Assembly (NCBI GenBank): GCA_964343575.1
Contig: CAYFJV010000002.1
Coordinates: forward strand, 257,585 to 321,584
Origin: an uncultured Methanosarcinales archaeon
GTDB lineage: Archaea > Nanobdellota > Nanobdellia > Woesearchaeales > GW2011-AR9
Length of the DNA: 64,000 bases
Direction of reading: 5' to 3'
Shown in pieces: positions 57,743-64,000 of the stretch (position 1 is its first letter; every line of letters starts with the position of its first letter). The position numbers were made by a program, and so were the translations under genes. A model generated the notes under the pieces. That model worked only from the letters and a program-made list of their open reading frames with translations. It did no database searches and had not been told where the DNA came from.

Positions 57743-58510
57743 CTAAAGAATGTGGAGAACAAAGCTTATTATTGCTAATGTGAGACAATAGGGGGCAAAA
57801 TAGTGGAGTTTTTGTCTTTGTACAATATTGAGTAGAAGTCTCAAAGAAAGATATCCAGAAATAATTGTTACAAGAGTTGCAAGAAGTGCAGTTGCTGGTT
57901 CTTGAATATTGCTGAGGCTTGAGAACTCTAAAACTGTTGCTCCTAAAATTGCTGGAATAAAAAGAAGAAAAGCAAAGGTTGCTGCTTCTTTTTTATCAAT
58001 TCCAAGAATGAGGGCTGTGGAGATGGTGGATCCTGATCTTGAAACTCCGGGAAGAAGGGCAAGAGCCTGACTCAGGCCGATAATGAGAGTGTTTTTCGTG
58101 TTTAGTTTTTTTGTATCTTTTTTAACAATGAAGGAGAGGGATAAAATAAACGCTGTGATCAAGAAAGAGAATCCAATCATGAGTAAACTAGAAAATGCGG
58201 CTTTGATAGCATTGTTGAAGAAAAAGCCGATGAGTGCAATAGGTAGAGAAGCAATAAAAAGGTAGAAAAGATAATTGATCTCTTTCTTTTGTCCGTTTAA
58301 GATTCCTTTGATAAGGGTGAATATTCTTTCTCTAAAAGTGAAGAGAATGACCAGAAGACTTCCAAGGTGGAGTAGGATTCCAAGAGCAACTGGTTCTTCG
58401 ATACCAAAAAGCATTTGAGCAAGAGCTAGATGTCCGCTAGAACTGATTGGTAACCATTCAGTGACGCCTTGGATGAGTCCAAGGGAGAGTGCTTCGAGAA
58501 AATTGACCAT
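57743..58510 (-). CDS. uppP: Undecaprenyl/polyprenyl-diphosphate phosphatase (BacA/UppP)
   Basis: IQGVTEWLPISSSGHL, LHLGSL, QALALLPGVSRSGSTI. Confidence 0.93.
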   Translation of the reverse strand: MVNFLEALSLGLIQGVTEWLPISSSGHLALAQMLFGIEEPVALGILLHLGSLLVILFTFRERIFTLIKGILNGQKKEINYLFYLFIASLPIALIGFFFNNAIKAAFSSLLMIGFSFLITAFILSLSFIVKKDTKKLNTKNTLIIGLSQALALLPGVSRSGSTISTALILGIDKKEAATFAFLLFIPAILGATVLEFSSLSNIQEPATALLATLVTIISGYLSLRLLLNIVQRQKLHYFAPYCLTLAIISFVLHIL

Positions 58511-58575
58511 CGTCTGTTTTATTGTTTCAGAATTTATAATGTTTTGCTTAACACTTCTTTTTTCTGTTCTTACTA

Positions 58576-59523
58576 TTATTCTTGATGATATTGGTTAAAC
58601 CACTCAACAAACTGTTGTAAGCCTTGATCAACATTTGTTTTTGGTTCCCACCCAAGAATTTTTTTGCTGTGTTCAATGTCTGCAAAGGTACGATGTACGT
58701 CTCCTTTCTGTAAGGGAAGCATGTTCTTTTCTGCTTCCTGACCAAGGTGTTTTTCAAGAGTTTTAATAAAATCCATAAGATGCACTGTGTTGTTATTTCC
58801 TAAGTTAAGTAACTCGTAACCTTTTACTTTATCTAGAGCAAGAAGAACACCGTCAACGATATCTGTGATATAGGTGAAATCTCTTTCGTGGTTCCCATTG
58901 TTGAAGACAGGAATGGGCTGGTTTGATCTTATTAACTTGCTAAACTTGTAGTAAGCCATATCTGGTCTTCCCCAAGGACCATACACTGTGAAAAAACGTA
59001 GAGCAAAGATATTCATACCATAAAGTTTGTGGTAGGCGTGAGCCATTAACTCTTTGTATTTTTTAGTTGCTGCGTAGAAGGAAACAGGGGTATCTACTTG
59101 ATCACCGTGGTTGAAAGGAACCTTAGTGTTTCCTCCATATACGCTTGAGCTTGATGCGAAGACAAGGTCCTTGATGTCAAATTCCTTCATGAGCTCAAGG
59201 ATATTGAGTGTTCCAAGACCATTGCTGTGGTGATAGGTAAAAGGGTTCTCAATAGAGTAGCGCACTCCTGCTTGAGCAGCAAGATGGCAAACCTTATCGA
59301 AATTGTGTTTTTGGAAGATCTTTCTCAGTGCTTGCATATCTCCTATGTCTGCTTGGTAGAAAATAACGGAGTTTCCTAACTCTTTAAGGCGGTCGTGTTT
59401 TATCTTTGTTTCGTAGTAGTCATTAAGGTTATCTATAACAACTACTTGATCTCCCCTTTCTACAAGGGCCTTGGCAACATGAAAACCAATAAAACCTGCT
59501 CCTCCTGTAACTAGTACTTTCAT
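58576..59523 (-). CDS. UDP-glucuronate 4-epimerase-like NAD-dependent epimerase
   Basis: TGGAGFIGFH, HLAAQAGVRYS.ENP, YAATKK, RFFTVYGPWGRPDMA, RDFTY. Confidence 0.9.
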   Translation of the reverse strand: MKVLVTGGAGFIGFHVAKALVERGDQVVVIDNLNDYYETKIKHDRLKELGNSVIFYQADIGDMQALRKIFQKHNFDKVCHLAAQAGVRYSIENPFTYHHSNGLGTLNILELMKEFDIKDLVFASSSSVYGGNTKVPFNHGDQVDTPVSFYAATKKYKELMAHAYHKLYGMNIFALRFFTVYGPWGRPDMAYYKFSKLIRSNQPIPVFNNGNHERDFTYITDIVDGVLLALDKVKGYELLNLGNNNTVHLMDFIKTLEKHLGQEAEKNMLPLQKGDVHRTFADIEHSKKILGWEPKTNVDQGLQQFVEWFNQYHQE

Positions 59524-59592
59524 GTTTTTTTTTGAGAATTTTAGTTTTTAAAGCTTGTGTAATGGGGTTTTTGGGGTGCTGGCGGTGAGTCT

Positions 59593-60912
59593 TTATTTTC
59601 TCCCAATCCCGTGGTACTCAAAACCTTCTTCTTTCATGAACTCGGGCTCATAGATATTTCTCCCATCAAGAACAAGTTTATTTTGCATCCTTTCGCCCAG
59701 CTGAGAGAAATTAACGTTTCTAAAATCGTTCCATTCAGTAACTAGCAAAATTGCTGAGCTGTTCTCCACGCTGGAATGAAGGTCTGTGTGGTAGGATATT
59801 TTGTGAGAGTGAGGATGGTTTGTGAAATGTTTTTGAACTTCTTCATTTGCTATGGGGTCATGAATCTTTACTTGCGCTCCTTTGTTGATAAGATTATGAA
59901 TGATTGTGAGAGCTGAAGCTTCTCTTATATCAGAAGTACTCGGTTTGAAAGATCCTCCCCAAACTGTAAAAGTTTTTCCATTGAGATCTTCTCCAAACTT
60001 CTCATGCACTTTTTGGTTAAGGACCATTTTTTGCCTCTCGTTAAGTGAATCTACTGCGTTTAGGAGCTTTGCGTCATAACCGACTTCCTTTGCGCAGTGA
60101 GCGAGGGCCCTTACGTCCTTTGGGAAACAACTTCCCCCATAACCAACACCAGGGTTTAGGAACTTAGGGCTGATTCTATCATCCATTCCCATTGCTTGAG
60201 CGATAAGTCTAATGTCTGCGTTGAAACGGTCTGAGATGTTAGCGAGCTCATTAATGAAGCTGATTTTAGTAGCGAGAAAGGCATTGTTTGCATACTTGAT
60301 AATTTCTGCTGTTTCCCAGTTAGTCTCGATAAACGGAATGTATTGTCTTACCCTTCCTGAATACACTTTTCTTAAGATACTATTTGCTCTTGGGTTTTTT
60401 GCCCCAAGAACAATCTTATTTGGGTGTGAAAAATCATGTACTGCTGCTCCTTCTCTTAGAAATTCGGGGTTGGAAACTACTTCAACAAGTGCGTCAGGGT
60501 TTACTTGGTTAACGATCTCTTGGCATCTTTTTGCGGTCCCAGGAGGAACAGTGCTTTTGTTCACCAAAACTTTGAAGGAGTTGGCGTATCTTCCAACAGT
60601 TTCGGCAACCTTAAAGACATAGTCAAGGTTTGCAGAGCCATCTGCCTTCCCTGGTGTCCCAACACAGTTGAAGATAGCTTCCCCAAAGTCAACTCCTTTC
60701 TCTACATCAGTTGTGAAAAGAAGCCTTCCTTTTTTGACATTGTTAGCGACAAGCTCAGGGAGATTTGGTTCATGAAATGGAATCTTTCCTTCTTTTAGAA
60801 GTTGAATCTTTTTTTCATCGATATCTACACAAAGAACAGTGTGGCCAATATTTGCAAGGCAAGCCCCAGTTACAAGCCCAACATAGCCAGTTCCAAAAAC
60901 ACTAATATTCAT
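59593..60912 (-). CDS. ugd: UDP-glucose/GDP-mannose 6-dehydrogenase
   Basis: GTGYVGL, KSTVPPGT, SNPEFLREG, KYANNAFLATKISF, GYGGSCFPKD, DGRN. Confidence 0.92.
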   Translation of the reverse strand: MNISVFGTGYVGLVTGACLANIGHTVLCVDIDEKKIQLLKEGKIPFHEPNLPELVANNVKKGRLLFTTDVEKGVDFGEAIFNCVGTPGKADGSANLDYVFKVAETVGRYANSFKVLVNKSTVPPGTAKRCQEIVNQVNPDALVEVVSNPEFLREGAAVHDFSHPNKIVLGAKNPRANSILRKVYSGRVRQYIPFIETNWETAEIIKYANNAFLATKISFINELANISDRFNADIRLIAQAMGMDDRISPKFLNPGVGYGGSCFPKDVRALAHCAKEVGYDAKLLNAVDSLNERQKMVLNQKVHEKFGEDLNGKTFTVWGGSFKPSTSDIREASALTIIHNLINKGAQVKIHDPIANEEVQKHFTNHPHSHKISYHTDLHSSVENSSAILLVTEWNDFRNVNFSQLGERMQNKLVLDGRNIYEPEFMKEEGFEYHGIGRK

Positions 60913-61082
60913 AATTATACACCAGTTCCTACTCTTTCCTCAGTTTGTCTTTTCGTTAAAATTTGTACTGAACGCAAGAGATTTGGCCAATTTTTCCTTT
61001 TTATATCTTGTGATCTTTTGAACCCTTTGAATTAGAGAAAAAGCAAGTTTTTCTTATTGAAAATGAAAAGAGATAACTAGAA

Positions 61083-61823
61083 CTATTTGCCAAGGTAAGT
61101 TATGTCTTTCTCGTTAAGTCTTCTTACCGGTTTCTCTTCAGTGAGCTCTTCGAAAGCTTGTGCAACGAGCCCAGGAGTTCTTCCAATGATGAAGATGCCT
61201 TTTCCAACCCTTGGATCAAACTTAAAGTCGCAGAGAAGGACCGCGATCATTCCATCAATATTTGCAAGAATATTTTTGCCTTTGATCTTTTGGAAGGCTT
61301 GCTCAACAACTTCTAAAAAATAGAGGTGTTCTGATTCGTAATTGGTCTCTTTGATGAGTTCTTTGAGTACTTTTACTCTTGGATCTCCTGTTTTGTAATG
61401 CTTGTGCCCAAAGCCGAAGATAACCTTTCTCTCTTTCATTCTTTCTTCAATGTGCTTTGCAAGCTCTTCTTTGCTCATGTTTTTCCAAGCATAAAATTGA
61501 CCCATACAGTTTTCAATTGCTCCGCCGTGGTAGTTGCCAATGCTTAAGATACCTGCGCCAACTGCAACATTTAAAGCGTTACCTCCAGATGCTGCGAACC
61601 TTGTAGTCAGGCTTGAAGTGGTTCCCATACCGTGATCAACAATAAGGGAGAGCATTTTTTCAAAGAGAATTGATTCTTCTTTGCTTGGCTTTCTGCCACT
61701 GAGTGTGAGAAAGATGATGTCTGTAAAGTGAGTGTTTTTGTCTTTAGCTAGATCAAAGAGTTTTTCCCCTCGAAGATTTACATTGTTTTCTTCAATTTTT
61801 GAAATTTTGGTTTTGAATTCCAT
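61083..61823 (-). CDS. ccl: Citryl-CoA lyase (citrate-synthase-like domain)
   Basis: DHG, HGGAIE, GFGHKHYK.GDPR, NIDG, IIGRTPGL; 246 aa, too short for a citrate synthase. Confidence 0.85.
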   Translation of the reverse strand: MEFKTKISKIEENNVNLRGEKLFDLAKDKNTHFTDIIFLTLSGRKPSKEESILFEKMLSLIVDHGMGTTSSLTTRFAASGGNALNVAVGAGILSIGNYHGGAIENCMGQFYAWKNMSKEELAKHIEERMKERKVIFGFGHKHYKTGDPRVKVLKELIKETNYESEHLYFLEVVEQAFQKIKGKNILANIDGMIAVLLCDFKFDPRVGKGIFIIGRTPGLVAQAFEELTEEKPVRRLNEKDITYLGK

Positions 61824-61835
61824 CTTTTATGCCTC

Positions 61836-62771
61836 TTAGCTTGTGCTTTGCTTCTTTTTTTCTAACTCTGCTTTCACCAACTCTCCTACTTTGTGATGTA
61901 CATCAGCTATAATGACCCCTGCTTTCTTTAAGATTTCTACTTTGTTCTCTCTGGTTCCTTTGTCGCCTTCAATGATAGCTCCTGCGTGCCCTAAGGAAAC
62001 GTTTTGGATTCCAAGGTGTTCTGCAAACTTCCCAGAGATAAAAGCCACAATAGGTTTTGGGAAAGGATTATTTTGTTCTTTTCTTTCAATGAGCCACTCT
62101 GCGAGTTGTTCTTCGCTGGTCCCACCAATCTCTCCGAAGAGGACGATTGCTTGAGTTTGCTGATCTTGTTCAAAGTCTTTAATGATATCTAGAAAAGTGC
62201 TTCCCATAAGCACATCGCTTCCAATACTTACTATGGTAGATTGACCAAGTCCTGCTTGTGTGAGTACTAATGAGGTTTCACAAGACATCCCCCCGCTTCG
62301 AGAGATGACTCCAACAGAGCCGAGTTTAAGTGCTCGTTTTGATTTTCCACTTACAATTGGGCCACACTTTGATTTTTCTACAGAATAAACTCCTGCAGAA
62401 GTTGCGCCAACTATTCTAGATCCTTTCTTCCTAGCAAGTGCAATACAATGAGCCATATCGTGGATAGGGATGTTTTCTGTGATTATATTGATGAGCCCAA
62501 TGCCTGCTTCAATTGCTTCTACGATCGCTCCTTTTGCAAAACGAGGAGGGACCATGACTACGGAACAATTAATCTCTCCAACTTTTTCTTGGGCTTCTTT
62601 TATTGAGTTAAACACAGGAACACCCTCTACTTCTTGCCCACCTTTTCCAGGAGTCACTCCGGCAACAAGCTTTGATCCAGATGCGAGCATATCAATAGTT
62701 GATCTGTTTCCTTGCTTCCCAGTAATTCCTTGAATGAGGAAAGTTGTATCTTCCTTGATGAGGATACTCAT
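61836..62771 (-). CDS. Citryl-CoA synthetase / ACL alpha-type subunit (SucD-like)
   Basis: IQGITGKQG, GVTPGKGG, ISRSGGM, GEIGG..E, LGHAGA (phospho-His). Confidence 0.82.
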   Translation of the reverse strand: MSILIKEDTTFLIQGITGKQGNRSTIDMLASGSKLVAGVTPGKGGQEVEGVPVFNSIKEAQEKVGEINCSVVMVPPRFAKGAIVEAIEAGIGLINIITENIPIHDMAHCIALARKKGSRIVGATSAGVYSVEKSKCGPIVSGKSKRALKLGSVGVISRSGGMSCETSLVLTQAGLGQSTIVSIGSDVLMGSTFLDIIKDFEQDQQTQAIVLFGEIGGTSEEQLAEWLIERKEQNNPFPKPIVAFISGKFAEHLGIQNVSLGHAGAIIEGDKGTRENKVEILKKAGVIIADVHHKVGELVKAELEKKKQSTS

Positions 62772-63979
62772 GCTCTTTGCACCCCTTTCTTTTCTTTATA
62801 CTTATTAGAGAGCTCAACCATAATCTCAACTGCCTTAGTCATTGGAGTTTTCTCATCGTAGTAGTGGATGTCAAGTTTATGCGTTTGTTTAACTTCAGCT
62901 AGCATTATTTTTGCTTCTTCGTCATGTGGCCCGGCTCTTCTAATCACTACTGGAAAATCTGGTTTGAGCTCAATAAGAATATCTGCGACCCCGTTTAGGG
63001 TTTCTTTGATATTAGTAAAGTTTGCAATGGCCCCTGCAACTAATAGGCCAGAGAGCTTTTCTTTGCTTAGAACTATCCTTGTTAACTTTTGGACCTTCTC
63101 TCTTGAAGGATCTCCACTGTATTCTGTAAAATTTGCAGCTTTTCCACCAAGCTCCACAAGTGTGTCCATTAAAGTCATGGATGCCCCTCCTCCGCTGGTG
63201 AGCACTCCAATGTCGCCATCAAGGTCAAAGTAAGTCTTACCTGCAACTCCTTTTGGGTCTTCTTCATCGATCTTGTTGGCAGCAATTTCTCTTGCTTTTT
63301 TCTTTCTACTATTCACTCTCTTTGGAAACTTAATCTTTCTTCTATAACTGGCATCATCATCAAGCACAGCTACAGCATCAATTGCAAGAAGCTGGTTCTT
63401 CGTATTCACTACAAGGGGATTGATCTCCACCATTTTACAATCAAACTCTGTAAAGACCGAGTAAAGCTTGGAGATAATTTCTTTTAATTGTCCTTTTATT
63501 TCTTCTTTAAGCTGAATTTTGTTGAGTGTGTTGTTAATGTCCTCTTCACTTGGACCAGTGAGATAGTTGATCTCCTGAGTAAGAATTTTTTCTGGACTTT
63601 CTTTTTTGAGTTGCTCAATGTTTACTCCGCCCTCTTCGCTGAAGATGAGTAAAGGAATTCTTTTACTAGTATCAAAAAGAAGCCCAAGATAGAACTCTTT
63701 TTTGATGTCCACTTTTTCGTCAATGAGAATCTCAGTAATGGTTTCATTCAGGAATGTTTTGCCAAGAAATCTGTTTGCTTTTTCTTTTGCTTCTTCCTGA
63801 TTGTTTACAAAGTGGATGCCTCCTGCTTTCCCTCTCCCATTAGCTACTGTTTGTACTTTAAGCACTTTTTCAGAATGGAGGAGAGGAATATCTTGCGGAG
63901 AAGTTATAAGAATTCCACTATTACAAGGAATTTCTTTAGCTCTGAGGAGCTGTTTTGCTTCAAACTCTTTGAGTTTCAT
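62768..63979 (-). CDS. ATP-citrate lyase beta / citryl-CoA synthetase large subunit (ATP-grasp + citrate-binding domain)
   Basis: GRGKAGG, EINPL; citrate-site motifs SGGGASM, EYSGDP, GAIANFTN and RRAGP rather than the SucC NGAGL/NIFGGI. Confidence 0.82.
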   Translation of the reverse strand: MKLKEFEAKQLLRAKEIPCNSGILITSPQDIPLLHSEKVLKVQTVANGRGKAGGIHFVNNQEEAKEKANRFLGKTFLNETITEILIDEKVDIKKEFYLGLLFDTSKRIPLLIFSEEGGVNIEQLKKESPEKILTQEINYLTGPSEEDINNTLNKIQLKEEIKGQLKEIISKLYSVFTEFDCKMVEINPLVVNTKNQLLAIDAVAVLDDDASYRRKIKFPKRVNSRKKKAREIAANKIDEEDPKGVAGKTYFDLDGDIGVLTSGGGASMTLMDTLVELGGKAANFTEYSGDPSREKVQKLTRIVLSKEKLSGLLVAGAIANFTNIKETLNGVADILIELKPDFPVVIRRAGPHDEEAKIMLAEVKQTHKLDIHYYDEKTPMTKAVEIMVELSNKYKEKKGVQRA

Positions 63980-64000
63980 TTTGTTATTTCTTTGCTCTCT

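Noticed and set aside
61836..63979. Ordinary succinyl-CoA synthetase
   Set aside because: The beta subunit lacks the SucC NGAGL and NIFGGI motifs, has ACL citrate-site motifs, and lies in an operon-like arrangement with a citryl-CoA lyase.
1..64000. CRISPR arrays, tRNA/rRNA genes, transposases or integrases
   Set aside because: None seen; intergenic gaps are short and show no regularly spaced repeats or cloverleaf patterns by eye. tRNAscan-SE or Infernal would be needed to exclude small RNAs.

Overview
Archaeal DNA: TATA/BRE promoters, a Hel308 helicase and AglB. The S-layer type and gene content suggest a DPANN lineage such as Woesearchaeota, which is inference only. Almost the whole window (about 1-61 kb) is one continuous surface-glycosylation locus, running from an S-layer glycoprotein gene to the oligosaccharyltransferase AglB. 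It encodes an Alg7/AglH-type initiating transferase, a split Alg14/Alg13-like pair, two Wzx-type flippases, GtrA and DMT small transporters, three extra GT-C transferases and UppP. It also carries a nonulosonic-acid pathway with two N-acetyl-sugar amidotransferases and HisF/HisH paralogues, a complete heptose pathway (gmhA, hddA, gmhB, hddC plus transaldolase) and several tailoring enzymes. Five in-frame gene fusions and one +1-frameshifted kinase gene stand out. The window ends with a three-gene ATP-citrate-lyase-type operon. No rRNA, tRNA, CRISPR array or transposase was seen. All functional calls come from motif recognition by eye; no database search was run.
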